A stretch of 63,951 nucleotides of DNA, counting the filler, from Pirum gemmata (taxonomy: Eukaryota): NCBI GenBank assembly GCA_002812295.1. It is 15 parts of 15 records of this genome, joined end to end, with 100 filler letters (N's around TTAATTAATTAA, not from the genome) between each part and the next. Parts side by side here need not be neighbours in the genome. Positions count along the whole stretch, not along the records: positions 1 to 3,784 come from PDIN01001929.1; positions 3,885 to 8,208 come from PDIN01001930.1; positions 8,309 to 13,503 come from PDIN01001931.1; 12 more parts are not named here. One strand, given 5' to 3'. Each line of letters opens with the position of its first letter. Position 1 is the first letter of the stretch. The position numbers and the translations under genes are program-made. The notes under the pieces were generated by a model. It was not told the origin of the DNA, made no database searches, and worked only from the letters and a program-made list of their open reading frames with translations. This document shows, piece by piece, positions 1-12,234 of this stretch.

Positions 1-187
1 TAAACCCACCACCACCACCACCACCACCACCACACAACAACAACAATAACAATAATAACAATAATAGCAATAATAACAATAATATCACTAATATCACTAA
101 TAATAATAATAATAATAATAATAATATCACTAATAATAATAATGATAATGATAAAGATTCTATAAATTAAAATATAACAAAAAGGGT

Positions 188-373
188 ACCATTATTAAAT
201 GCTGCATTCTGAACCTCACTCATTTTAGTAAAGCTACGGCTGTCGCTGCCATCATTGAATTCGGTTTTTGTTTCAATTCCAGCCGTTTTAAAACAATCCT
301 TGAGTTGAGCAACGTCAGCTACTATGGTTTGTGAACTAATCACAAACGATGATAATATAAATATGAACTTCAT
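188..373 (-). CDS. First exon of a secreted protein, possibly the N-terminus of a berberine-bridge-type FAD-linked oxidase
   Basis: ATG at 373, signal-peptide-like MKFIFILSSFVISSQTIVA, then LKDCFKTAGI...QNAAFNN. A likely GT donor lies near 187, followed by AAT microsatellite. The family call rests on weak motif resemblance. Confidence 0.4.
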
Positions 374-809
374 TATTAATTATTTTCTACTTATTACTTC
401 CTACATTCAATTACACTACAAAATTTTGGTTTTTGTTTTTTTAAAAATCGTTTTTGCTTGTGTTTGTTTACAAAGTTGTCTTGTTTTTATACAAAAACAT
501 CTAAGGAAAAAACATCAGCAAGATAAAAAACTAAGTCTTTAGAAACAGATAAAATAATTTGCCGCACCTATTTTTTTTGAAAGGGGTGTCGATGAGCTCA
601 TTTTTATTATTCGAAAAACTTTTAGACTCGATTGTTTCAAAAATTAACACATAGAAAGCTACCTTTTTATTTACTACTCGAAAAAAAAAATAATATTCGA
701 TTTCCCAATATTGAAAATCTCACCTCTTGATTTTCTTTTTTTTTCTCGGCGGAAAAACAAGGAAAAACTAGAGCTACAGCTAGTCCTCCCAGATTTGACT
801 AGGCCAAAA

Positions 810-1037
810 AGGCTTCTCCCAATTCTGCTTTGTTTAAAAAATCGATTTTTCGAGCCTATGCATTAATTAAATAGGTTCGAAAATTTTAATCTAACAGTTA
901 AGCATTCGAGTATATTTATTTATTTATAAACTCGAAAAAATAAAAAAATGTTTCGAACGTGGTTGAATTTTGGCTTTTTTTTTCGACAACAAAAATTTAA
1001 TTTTCGGGCTCGAGCGAGCAGAATTGGGAGAGGCTTA
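810..1037. mobile_element. Putative MITE with ~19-bp terminal inverted repeats
   Basis: GGCTTCTCCCAATTCTGCT near 811 pairs with AGCAGAATTGGGAGAGGCT near 1017-1035 around an AT-rich non-coding core. Confidence 0.55.
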
Positions 1038-1609
1038 GATATTATTAATTAATATGGCTTAGATTTCTTAGATTTGACAGTGAAGTATTATTCAAATTTC
1101 AAACACACCAAAACTAACCAATGCGTATTTTTATAAACTCCATAACCAGCCTATAGTCGCCCAGATTTGGTTTTATCAACTGTTTTATCTCAGAAGTGAC
1201 GTTTGAACTATGAATCGGTATGATAGTCTATGCGCAAAAATTGGCAAAAATCGGAGCTCGAAAAGGTATCTCGATATGCATATATGGTTTTAGGTTTTCT
1301 TAATTAAGTATGAATATAATATACATCTGAAAAAAAAAAAAAATTAATACTAGTCTATCATAATCTAAAATAATAAAATTGTGCTTTTCATTTATTTTGT
1401 CATTTGGTTGGTTTTGATGTTTAAATTGACTTTTCAAAAATGAATAAATAGATATCATAATCAATATAAAAAAACAAGGTTGCTTATAAAAAAAATTTTT
1501 TAACAGCCAAGCCGGATAAAACTATAATAAAAATCATTTTTTTTTTAAAAAAGACCTCTTTTCTAAAAACTTTTAAAATACTAACTAGCCAAATTATTAT
1601 TAAAAACTG

Positions 1610-1736
1610 GCCAATAGAGTTTTATTAGTTAAACGATTTCTCAACATTTGGTAGTACTTTTGTTAAAACTGGATCATTTTGAGATTTTTTGGATTTTCAA
1701 GCTCATATGCCACATATCGCCATTTTTATCCTGCTT
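1610..1736. repeat. Dispersed repeat (inverted copy at ~25005-25130)
   Basis: AAACGATTTCTCAACATTTGGTAGTACTTT...TTTTGAGATTTTTTGGATTTT matches the reverse complement of 25005-25130. Confidence 0.75.
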
Positions 1737-2524
1737 AAAAAAAAAACGAAAAAAAAAAATAAAAAAAAAATACCACTATTATCAAGGACTTTGAAGTTTG
1801 AATGAAGTCCTTGCTATTATTTTTAAGTTAATTAAAAGTTGTATTTACTATAAATCTCTTGTTGATTTAGTTCATACCCAGCTTCGAAATGTAGTTGTTC
1901 CTTCAATATTTTAGGGTTAGGGTTAGGGTTAGGTTACAATTAGGGATATAGAAGTATAATGTGAGATTTACAAAAAATAATAGTAGTATCATATATATAT
2001 CAAGATTTTTATATTATATTAATTGCATTTAGAAATTAATTGCTATGCACAGTTGGAAATTTGTTAGTAATTAAGAATGCAAATTGCCTTATAATTAATC
2101 CTATTCATATAAGTGTTATAACTCTTCATATATAACAATACTTAAAAAATTAATGATTATTATCATTATACTTACAATGTATTAACTATTTATTAATATG
2201 TAGGTGGGATATTTAAAACTGATCAATGGCAGCTCAGTATAGTTCTTAGTATTTTTTTTTTAACTACCAAATTAATACAATATAAATATATTTAATTTAA
2301 TTTGGTATATTTTATTATCTATGTATTTATTTAAAAATGTCAATTTAAAGAGTATAACCCTCCTAATAAATATTTAGAGTTACAAAATAAATGAAAAGCA
2401 CGATACAAGACGATACAAGCTTATAAAAATTCGAAATTTCGCTTTTTTTTTTCGGGCTCCTTTCCTATATTTGTAAACAAATAATTAATAACCTCCTGGG
2501 GATTGAGTGCTCAATGCCGTGTAG

Positions 2525-2598
2525 TAGGGTTAGGGTTAGGGTTAGGGTTAGGGTTAGGGTTAGGGTTAGGGTTAGGGTTAGGGTTAGGGTTTTAGGGT
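2525..2598 (+). repeat. Interstitial telomeric (TTAGGG)n array
   Basis: About 11 perfect TTAGGG units in mid-scaffold. Other arrays at ~1912, 4960, 5240, 5738, 6330, 16968, 31720, 32960, 33477-34040, 35545-35870, 46850, 53260, 53710 and 63508. Confidence 0.95.
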
Positions 2599-2761
2599 AG
2601 TAGTAGTATGACTAGAGTATCATAATTATGATATCAATATTTTAAAAAATGTTTTTAATTAAGTAGTAGTGACAGAACTGGTAGTAGTATTTACTAGGCA
2701 TCATACTACTAGCTACTAGCTAGTAGTAGCTATCTAGTAGTAGTAGGTATATAGAGGTATA

Positions 2762-2933
2762 TAGTGCTTTTCAGTTGTTTTGTCATCATAAAATAAACAA
2801 AAAATATATATAGTGCCAAATTAATATAATATAAATCCATTTAATTTAATTTGGTATATTTTATTATCTATTTGTTCATTTAAAAATGTCGATGTAAATT
2901 AAATATTAGTGACAAAATAAATGAAAAGCATGA
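2762..2933 (+). mobile_element. MITE family A (~185 bp, TIR T[A/C/T]GTGCTTTTCA, TA target duplication; Tc1/mariner-like); ~15 copies in the window
   Basis: Ends TAGTGCTTTTCAGTTGTTTTGTCA ... TGACAAAATAAATGAAAAGCACGA. Other copies at ~2265-2403, 14564-14735, 14820-14965(-), 16220-16403, 24174-24362, 24711-24800(-), 25790-25974, 41757-41964, 42350-42485, 43455-43558, 48965-49128(-), 53467-53651(-), 53885-54059(-) and 54222-54418(-). Confidence 0.9.
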
Positions 2934-3784
2934 TATTATAATAATATATAAGCTTAATAGCTATATAAAGTATCATTATCTTTTAAATTTATTCATTTCT
3001 AAAAGTGAAATGTTCTAACGGCCACCAAATAAAATCAAATTTATTATAATAAAGACTCGATTTGTTTCATGGAGTCTTTGAAGTGATAAAAATATCTGAC
3101 TATATATCTTAGATCAATGCCTCTAGCTAGCTAGCTTTAGAGTGTGTTCATTTTAATAATAGCGCTACGGTATTAATAGTACTAGTACTAGTAGTAGTAT
3201 GAGTGTGTCATAGCAGTACTAGTATTAGAATTAGTATACGTATTAATAGTAGTATTAATATTATTAGTAGTATATATATAGTATACGCTATATAGTATTA
3301 ATAGTAGAAGTGATATTAATATCGATAGTATTATTAATATATTAATATATATACGTAGTGTTAATACTGTTCATTATATTAATATATATTAATATTATAT
3401 ATATATACTGCACGTGTGCACATAAGCATATATATATAATATAATATATAATTATATTATAATATGTTTTAAGGGTAATAAAGTTAACGTTGCTCCAATA
3501 TAATTAATATGAATAGTGCAGGACTGTTTCTGATGATGATGATCGATGATCAAATGTTGTCGTTGTACAATTAATATTGTTGTTGCGTTGATGTTGTTTT
3601 TTAAAACGTTCTTTTTAACGTTAAAACGTTGCTGTTGTAATTGTTGTTGTTTTTGTTGTTCAAATTGTTTTATTGATGTTACTGTTTTGTTGCTGTTGGT
3701 GCTACTGCTGCTGCTGCTGTTGTTGTTGTTTTTGTTGTTGTTGTTGTTGTTGTTGCTGTTGTTGTTGTTGCTGTTGTTGTTGTT

Positions 3785-3884
3785 NNNNNNNNNNNNNNNN
3801 NNNNNNNNNNNNNNNNNNNNNNNNNNNNTTAATTAATTAANNNNNNNNNNNNNNNNNNNNNNNNNNNNNNNNNNNNNNNNNNNN
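3785..3884. other. Artificial scaffold linker N44-TTAATTAATTAA-N44 (first of 14: 3785, 8209, 13504, 17355, 21256, 25138, 29018, 36334, 40233, 44554, 48408, 52308, 56194, 60056)
   Basis: The same 100-bp spacer, with stops in all six frames, recurs 14 times. Flanking sequences are unrelated, so synteny must not be inferred across linkers. Confidence 0.97.
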
Positions 3885-4341
3885 GTGGTTGTTGCTTTTT
3901 TCCTTGTTGCTTTTTTCCTTGTTGCTTTTTTCCTTGTTGCTTTTGTTATTGTTGTTGTTATTGCACTGGTTGTGGTTGTGGTTGTGGTTGTGGTTGTGGT
4001 TGTGGTTGTGGTTGTGGTTGTGGTTGTGGTTGTCGTGGTTGTGGTGTTGCTTTTGTTGTTGTTTTTGTTGTGTTGTTGTTGTTGTTGTCGTTGTTGTTGT
4101 TGTCGTTGTTGTTGTTGTTTGATTTTGGTATTGTTGTTATTGTTAAAAAAAAATTGGTTTTATTATTAATTTTTATAATATTAACTATACAGAGTTCAAT
4201 ATCATGTTTGGATGGTATCGGCCTCATGGTCAGTGAATATCTTAGTATTGCGTTAAAAACCAAAAATGTAAGTAATGATATGTTGTTGTTAGATTCTATG
4301 GATTTGACATTTGTTAGTATGGCGAGTTAATACTATTTAAT

Positions 4342-4406
<65 letters not shown>

Positions 4407-4556
4407 NNNNNNNNNNNNNNNNNNNNNTATTACTATTATTATTATTTTCATTGTCATTGCTATTGTTATTTTAAAAAAACAATATAAAAAAAATATTAAA
4501 ATTTTTATAAAATATAATTAATATTACTAATAATTAAAACCACAAAAAAATATTAC

Positions 4557-7215
4557 CTTGACGAGATTTTTTAATCTATTAACCAGGGGGTTAACGATGG
4601 GGTCAATTAATTTGTTAATACTAGCAGTGAAAAATTTGATATACTTTTTAGATTTGGTTAATAAACTTTGTAGAGAAAAACAGGCTCCAGGTGTACATGT
4701 TCTCGGAGTGCAGATTCTGTAATAAAAGATAAAAGAAAAAATTTAAAAATTCGAAAACATCAAGGCTATCTAATATTAATATTTAAAAAAAATACATTTT
4801 TGAAATAATAATCAAATAGATAACTCGAGCTTTTTAAACCTCAATTTAATATTATTATTATTATTACATTACTATAATTATTTCGATTTTCAAACATTTT
4901 GTTGTAAATTTTTGTCTTATTATTATAAGGGTTTGTATTAAGGGATCTAAACTGGGTGTAGGGTTAGGGTTAGGGTTAAAGGTTAGGGTTATTATTATTA
5001 AAAAAAACCTTGGGTTGCAAAGTTTAATGCATTTTCCCCAAACACATTTTTTCCAACATTTTCTTCTTAAACATTTACGAGGAATACATTTTTGTGGTAA
5101 ACAAAATTTATGATGTAATACTTTTTTCATCCCCTTGTCAAAAACATCAAGAGCTTTGCTTATCTATTATTATTTGTTATGGAATGGTTTTAATTCGATT
5201 TAATATAGTATTATCAGTTATTATATATAAAAAAAATAACCCTAACCCTAACCCTAACCCCTGACCCTATTATTTGATACATATGCGTTATTTGACATTA
5301 AATTGTTTACTTACCATCCTTTTTTTATTATTTTTGGCAATAAGAGTACAAGGTTAAGGTTATAATTAAAGTTAAAGTTAATAAGGGTTAATAACACTAA
5401 CAAAATTAATATGATCAATTATTTTCTTAATAATAATAACAATAATAATATTATGATTAATTATTATTATTATTATTATGATTATACCGGTTTAAACGCA
5501 TCAGTTATTTTCTTAAAATCCAAGACAAGCTTTTTCACTTTTGATAACACGCTATTAAACTTATCAAGGATTGGTAGGGCATTTCTGAAACCATTCATAG
5601 CAGGGTATAGTGGTGACAAACCTTTGTGTAAGCGTACCTTCGCATTATGATATTAATTAATGATAATAAAATTAACAATAATATAATAAATAATAATAAT
5701 AATAATAACTAGTAATGATAATCATGTTAATTTAATTGGGTTAGGGTTAACGTTAAGGTTAATTAAGGTTAGGGTTGGGTTTAGGGTTAAGTGACTGCTT
5801 TTATTTTTTATTAGAAAAATATAATAATATAATAATAATAATAATTTATATTAATATTATATAATAATAATAATAATAACTGCATAAGACTTTAGTTCCG
5901 GCCAACAATTATTAGACGTGTCATCCCGGCGCTTTAACACATTGTGGGTAATGGTGGCATTTAAAACATGATCTAATATATATAAATTATTAATAGATTG
6001 TTAAACGGGTAATGATAATAAAAATTATTATTTTTTATGGATATTTGGTTTTACGAATTATTTATTTCTGTATATAAATATTTTCTTGTAATATAATAAT
6101 CAATAGGGTCTTTTATTGTTGTTGACGTTATTATTATTATTACTTAGGTTCTTTATTGTTGTTGACGTTATTATTATTATATTATTAATACTATTATTTA
6201 TATTTTATAGTATAATAATTATTATTATTATAAAGTTAGACCAAGTTAAGGTTATAGCGTTAAAAGGATTAGTGTTAGGGTTACGATGAAGGTTGGAGGG
6301 TGAAGATAAATGGTTAATTTTGAATAATTAGGGTTAGTGTAAAGGTTAGGGTTAGGGTTAGAGTTAGGTTTGGGATTAGGGGTGGATTAGGATTAGAGTT
6401 ATAGTTAGGGTAAAAGTTTTATATACGATACCTGGTACTGAACGCCTTCCTCTTACGAAGTGGACGGTTGCGCAACCTACTTTAACTAATGAACCAATTA
6501 TTGATAGAAGACAAAGTTGGTTTTTGGTTTTAACTTCAAGGTTTTTCATATTCTTTTCGAGTTGTTTGGTATTTTGTTCCCACTTTTTTGCTTCGTTGTA
6601 ACCTCTGTCAGCTTCCTTATTCAACTCTTTCACGCCGTTCTCCACCTACAACAACATACAACAACAACAACAGTGGAAAAAATATAACATTTATATTAAA
6701 TATAAAAATAATGGTATTAATAACGCATATGATAATAATATTATGATTATTATTAATATATATATATATAGTACGTTTCTATCAAAAAGATATTAAATAT
6801 AATATATATATATATATATATTAATATATAGTTAAATTTATAGTTAAATTATCCGTTATAATTAGGTAGACAATACATATAGTAATAATAAAGATATTAT
6901 GAAATAATCACAATAATTTTCGTGTAATTAACCACTAACCTGTTGAACGTAGTTCGATACTCTTTCCAATATACGCTTTGGAGAAGAATAATAACTAATA
7001 AGGAGGCTGTTACGTGCTGACTCTATACGTTGTCTCGCTACATACGCAACTTCTTTTGCTTTCCTCGATTTTTCCTCAATTCCCTTAATTTCTTTTTGCA
7101 TGTCTTCGATAGTCTTTAGTATATATATATTAAAAACACCATTAATTATATTGATTGAACAATTTATTGTGGTATAAATTAGTAGTAGTATTAGCAGCAG
7201 TAGAAGTACTATAGC

Positions 7216-7254
<39 letters not shown>

Positions 7255-7567
7255 CTTAGTAGCAGTGGTAGTATTAATATTAATAGTAGTAGTAAGAGGA
7301 GGGGAATAGTAGTAGTAGTAGTAGTAGTAGTGGTAGTAGTAGTAGTACGTACTGGTATTTAGTAGTATCGATAGCTACAGTAGTATATAACCCATGGGAG
7401 GCTTAACCTAACCCCTTAACCTTCTAACCCCTTAACCTTCTAACCCCTTAACCTTCTAACCCCTTAAATCCAGGTCTCGTAAAATATATATAACTTAGCT
7501 TATCTTTTCTACTCACATGTAATTTTATTTCAAGGTTCGACACCATCATAATTATTATATAAAACAT
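4557..7567 (-). CDS. Multi-exon gene (3' end missing): coiled-coil protein with a Cys/Lys-rich segment
   Basis: Exon-like blocks at ~7567-7517, 7113-6940, 6645-6432, 5972-5881, 5640-5489, 5163-5010 and 4718-4557, mostly GT-AG bounded. They translate to TIEDMQKEIKG..., VENGVKELNKEADRG..., and CLPQKCIPRKCLRRKCWKKCVWGKCIKLCNPR/ICTPRTCTPGACFSL. Some exon boundaries are approximate. Confidence 0.7.
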
Positions 7568-8417
7568 CGAAACTAAAACAAGAAAATAATAAACATTAAG
7601 TAAAAACCTTTTGTTTGTAAAACCACGGTGAAACTAATTCTATTATCCCTATTGATTGAGTGGCAGCGAAACCTGTACACACGTGTATTAATGGAAAATT
7701 TGTTTGTTTAATTAATCATATCATATATATATATATTCATATATAGATCAAGGTCCGAATATGGTTCCATATATACATTATATGTATATAATATATATTT
7801 AAAAAATAAAACAAGTGTAGTTTACAAAAATTAAGCAAATATTAATATTAATACTCATTATAATATACATAATATTATATACATAATATATGTGTGTGAA
7901 TTATGGAAAGGGTACCGGTGTTTACTGTGTCTTTTGAATTCATTATTAATACTTTAATTATAATTATAATAAATAAATTAATTAAATAATAAATAAATAT
8001 TATTATTCTCATTATTACTCTTACTATGCATAATATATTGTTCTCATTATGTTACTATTTTATGTATGTATGTATATATTTTGCGTCACTATATATATAT
8101 AATATACATATTAATTCATAATATAATAAATATAGCTTTATATTTGATTTGGGTCTTTCGGAACTTTATATATATAGTAAAAAAACGGTTAAATTCGCGA
8201 ATTTAACCNNNNNNNNNNNNNNNNNNNNNNNNNNNNNNNNNNNNNNNNNNNNTTAATTAATTAANNNNNNNNNNNNNNNNNNNNNNNNNNNNNNNNNNNN
8301 NNNNNNNNAAGGGGAAAAGGGGAAAAGGGGAAAAGGGGAAAAGGGGAAAAGGGGAAAAGGGGAAAAGGGGAAAAGAGGAAAAATGAAAGACAGAGGGAAA
8401 GACAAAACATTCTTTAC

Positions 8418-8577
8418 CAAGATTTAAAGTTAAAAGGTTTGGCCTTTTTCTGAGAAACTTTTAAAGTTTCGGGCAATTGTGTATAGCCAAGAGAACATAG
8501 CGCTGCGCCTGCGCCTGCTATTATAAAAGAATTTCGAAATCCGTACATTTCCGCTAACATTCCTCCCATTGCAGGAC
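8418..8577 (-). CDS. MFS transporter internal exon (TM5-TM6)
   Basis: AG/GT-bounded exon encoding GPAMGGMLAEMYGFRNSFIIAG...LPETL, which carries the MFS antiporter motif C tail (GPxxGG) and the LPET motif. Confidence 0.85.
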
Positions 8578-9043
8578 CTTGTAAAATGTTTTTTAACATT
8601 AGTAATAGTAAACAATTGGTAAAAAAATGGTTAGAATGTAAATCAATTATGGTATTAAGTTGGTATTGGAAATTAGGTATTGTAATTATTTTATAAAATT
8701 AGGTAAAAAATTAGAATAAAAAATGGTATTAGAGAGAAGTATAGAAGTACAATTGGTTAGAAGTAGTATTGATACTATTGCTTAGTAATAATAGTAGCTA
8801 GTAGCACTATAATTAGAATCAGAATCAGAACCAAGGTATGTATTATATAAATTAATTTCTGTGTTGCAAATAGTATCTGGTATTAGTATTAGGTAAAAAC
8901 ACAAAATAAAAATACAATGACAAAAACCAATCTAATATAAGGATTATCAAATTATGCATAAATGAGAAGAATAAGAAGAAAGAGAAAGAGAAAGCTGAGC
9001 TGAATAAAGGCTAAAGACGGATTATAAGCATATCAATANNNNN

Positions 9044-9078
<35 letters not shown>

Positions 9079-9204
9079 TAATGCGATCATTTGTTCCATC
9101 TTACTTTTGTTAAATACCCTTAAGCGTATTTATTGTCTTTACAATATTTGTTATTATTATTATTATTTTCTTCATATTCTCACATACATAACAAAAAGTA
9201 AAAC

Positions 9205-10728
9205 ATGAATCAGTATCCAGGACAACAACCAGGCATGCAACAACCAGGCATGCAACAACCAGGCATGCAACAACCAGGCATACAACAACCAGGCATACAA
9301 CAACCAGGCATGCAACAACCGGGCATGTACCAATCAGGTATGCAACAACCTGGCATGCAACAACAACCTGGCATGCAACAACCTGGCATGCAACAACAAC
9401 CTGGCATGCAACAGCCTGGTATGCAACAACCTGGTATGCAGCAACCTGGCATGCAACAATCCACCATACATCATCAACCTGGTATGCAACAACCTGGTAT
9501 GCAACAACCTGGTATGCAACAACAGCAACAGCAACTACACCAACAACCTGGAATGCAACAACTTGGAATGCAGCAACCTGCTATGCAATCAGCAGGGATG
9601 CATCCACCAAGCACGTTACAGCCATCTCCAGGTGCTTCTCCAAACGCACCTCGTCACCCCATGTCACAACCACAGCCACAACAGCCACAACAGCCACAAC
9701 AACCACAACAACCACAACAACCACAACAACCACAACAACCACAACAACAACAACCACAACCACAACAGCCAGACCAGCAACAGCAACTCTCAACATCTCA
9801 GCAGCAACAACAACCAGGACAACAGCAATCACAGCCGCATCAACCCCAACAACCACCACAACCACCACAACCACCACAGCCACAACCACAGCAACCACAA
9901 CAACCACAACCACAACCACAACCGCAACAACCACAAAACTCACAACATAGTTCACCTCACTTACAGCCACCAAGAAGTGAAGGTCAATCTAAATCAACTG
10001 ATAATTTTAATCATATGAGGCCTAATACTTCAGATCGTTGTTGGAACGATCCACCGACTGGTTTATTTGATGGTACGGCGCAAGCAAAAAAATCACCTCA
10101 ACAAAGAAGAAGACAACACGTAGAGCAGCCTGGTATATTTCACAGTAATTCTACAGGCCATTTATCTTCTCTCGGACAGCAATCTTCATTTGGTCATCAT
10201 CAAGCTGGAAACATTCCACATTCACACTCGCAAGCTAATAACCTCAGTAGTACTAATTCTATGCCAGGGCATTCTGCCTTTGGTCAACACCCAAGTATGC
10301 AACAACCCGGTATGCAACAACCCGGTATGCAACAACCGGGTATGCAGCAACCCGGTATGCAACAGCCCGGTATGCAACAGCCCGGCTTACAACAACCCGG
10401 CATGCAACAACCTGGGATGCAACAACCTGGGATGCAACAACCTGGGATGCAACAACCTGGGATGCAACAACCTGGGATGCAACAACCTGGGATGCAACAA
10501 CCATATGGACAACAACAACATTACGGTCAACAACAGCAATATGGACAACAACAACAATATGGGCAACAGCAACAGTATGGACAACAACAGCAATATGGAC
10601 AACAACAATACGGACAACAACAGCAATACGGACAACAAGCTGGGCATTCAGGCCAATATCAGCATGCAGGTGATGAAAACGCTGGTGTCTTTTCAAAAGT
10701 TTCAAATTTTTTTGGTTTTGGTAGTTAA
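9205..10728 (+). CDS. Intronless 507-aa low-complexity Q/P/G-rich protein (MQQPG and YGQQQQ repeats, central WNDPP motif)
   Basis: Long ORF with an A-rich ATG context (AAAACATG). Synonymous third-position variation among repeat units indicates coding constraint in this frame. Confidence 0.85.
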   Translation: MNQYPGQQPGMQQPGMQQPGMQQPGIQQPGIQQPGMQQPGMYQSGMQQPGMQQQPGMQQPGMQQQPGMQQPGMQQPGMQQPGMQQSTIHHQPGMQQPGMQQPGMQQQQQQLHQQPGMQQLGMQQPAMQSAGMHPPSTLQPSPGASPNAPRHPMSQPQPQQPQQPQQPQQPQQPQQPQQPQQQQPQPQQPDQQQQLSTSQQQQQPGQQQSQPHQPQQPPQPPQPPQPQPQQPQQPQPQPQPQQPQNSQHSSPHLQPPRSEGQSKSTDNFNHMRPNTSDRCWNDPPTGLFDGTAQAKKSPQQRRRQHVEQPGIFHSNSTGHLSSLGQQSSFGHHQAGNIPHSHSQANNLSSTNSMPGHSAFGQHPSMQQPGMQQPGMQQPGMQQPGMQQPGMQQPGLQQPGMQQPGMQQPGMQQPGMQQPGMQQPGMQQPGMQQPYGQQQHYGQQQQYGQQQQYGQQQQYGQQQQYGQQQYGQQQQYGQQAGHSGQYQHAGDENAGVFSKVSNFFGFGS

Positions 10729-11668
10729 ATATACCTGTATTTTTGAACAATTCCGATTTATAAATGAGATCGTAGAGGTTAATAGGTGAAAAAGAGATTG
10801 TAACTATTAATCAAAAACCAAAAACCAAACGACGACAATAATTAAGATAGAAATAATGAAATACTAATACTTCTAGTAAAATGATTATAAACCCGAGTAA
10901 AAGAGCGATACCAATCTATTTTCATTTTTTCTTTTTCGTCAGTAGTAGCAGAGAGAGCAGGATTGTTATAAATGAATGAATTGTGTATCCAGTATTAATC
11001 TAACAGAAATCGTAGATTTTCTGTCAAATGCGTATGTATTTCCGAAAATTGTCTATATTGAACCCAAATTTTAGGTGATTATTTTATTTACTATTATATT
11101 ATTCAATTAAGTTTGTGTGTTTCTTTATTAGTATTTAGAATCGGTAACAAAGAATCATAACCCAAGACAATGTTATAATGTAGGAAAAGCGAAACAAAAC
11201 ATTATTTTAAAAGTAATTAACAAAACAAAAAATGTTTTACGCCGAGGATACGATTAATTGATTTCCAGAGTTAGCTAAGTCAATGAAAGTCAGTTTTTAT
11301 TGTGATGAAATGATAGAAATAGTCGAAAAAAATAAAGAAAATGTGTTATTTTGGGGGTGGTGGTGGTGGTGGTGGAATAGAATAAACATTTAATATATTA
11401 TTTTGCAATTTTTTTTATTTTTTTAGTTTTATATTATCTATAGTTCAAATTGCTAAAAAGTATTTAATTATTTATTTCTCGTATATATATATATATAAAC
11501 GCTTTTAAGACAATGAGCACTCTTATATAACAACTGTATAATAATAAAGAAACAAAGTAAATAATAATCCTTTTCTGTAAGACAATTTTGCATAATTTTA
11601 AAACCTCTGAAACATTGATGTAAGTCTTGTTATTATGTCACTCCCAAACAATTGTATGGTTTTAATTG

Positions 11669-11833
11669 GCAGATAGCATGCTTTATAATATTTAAAGTTA
11701 CTTCTCTGGCTTCATTCTGGACAAAAATTAAAATGTTAATTGTTCAGCTTCAAATTGACAGATCGCATGCATTATAACATTTCAAGTTACTTATCTGGAA
11801 AAATTAAAATCTAATTGTTCAGCTTCAAATTGA
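11669..11833. repeat. Diverged tandem duplication (~90/75-bp units)
   Basis: CAGAT.GCATGC.TTATAA.ATTT.AAGTTACTT...AAAAATTAAAAT..TAATTGTTCAGCTTCAAATTGA occurs twice in tandem. Confidence 0.75.
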
Positions 11834-12234
11834 AATAAGAGAAGAAAACAAAAAAGTTAAGATAATGGGTATAAAAATTTAATATATTGGACTTTCATTC
11901 TAAAAGTCATTTTTATGATAGAAGTGTCTTTGAATATGTTCTCAGCAGACACAAAGAGGGAATGTGGATGACAAGACCAATATAAAGCAAGAAAAAAATA
12001 ATCCATACGAAAAATTGTTTGATTGCATCCCAAGTTTAGTTGCGTGTATCACCGGTTTCAATGGCGATTTCTGATCCAAATTCGTTAGGCGGTAAGTTCG
12101 GACAATATATCCTGTATATAAAATGTATCTTTTTCAACATTTTAGAATTAATAAATTTTCAAGAGTTTCCTTAATTTTAGCTACACTTTTGCGAATATTA
12201 ACATTTATCTTTTCATGGTGGCTTGGACACTGTA

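Noticed and set aside
3829..3840. Recurrent TTAATTAATTAA as a biological repeat or CRISPR-like array
   Set aside because: It is always centred in exactly 100 bp of N padding, so it is an artificial six-frame-stop linker.
3546..4330. ORFs of poly-L/V/C/Q, and similar LTLTLT, PNPNPN, RVRVRV and poly-I/Y ORFs at 31471, 33714, 43659, 46369-46894, 52771 and 63502
   Set aside because: These are translations of microsatellites or TTAGGG arrays, mostly within introns, with no independent coding signal.
8309..8375. (GGGGAAAA)n as a ciliate-type telomere
   Set aside because: The hypotrich telomere is TTTTGGGG/CCCCAAAA, a different sequence. This tract is an intronic microsatellite, and the code here is standard (TAA/TAG stops).
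9210..10789. Overlapping alternative-frame and antisense ORFs (MPGCC, CNNLG, VVASQ repeats)
   Set aside because: They are shadows of the MQQPG gene. Synonymous variation supports only the 9205-10728 frame.
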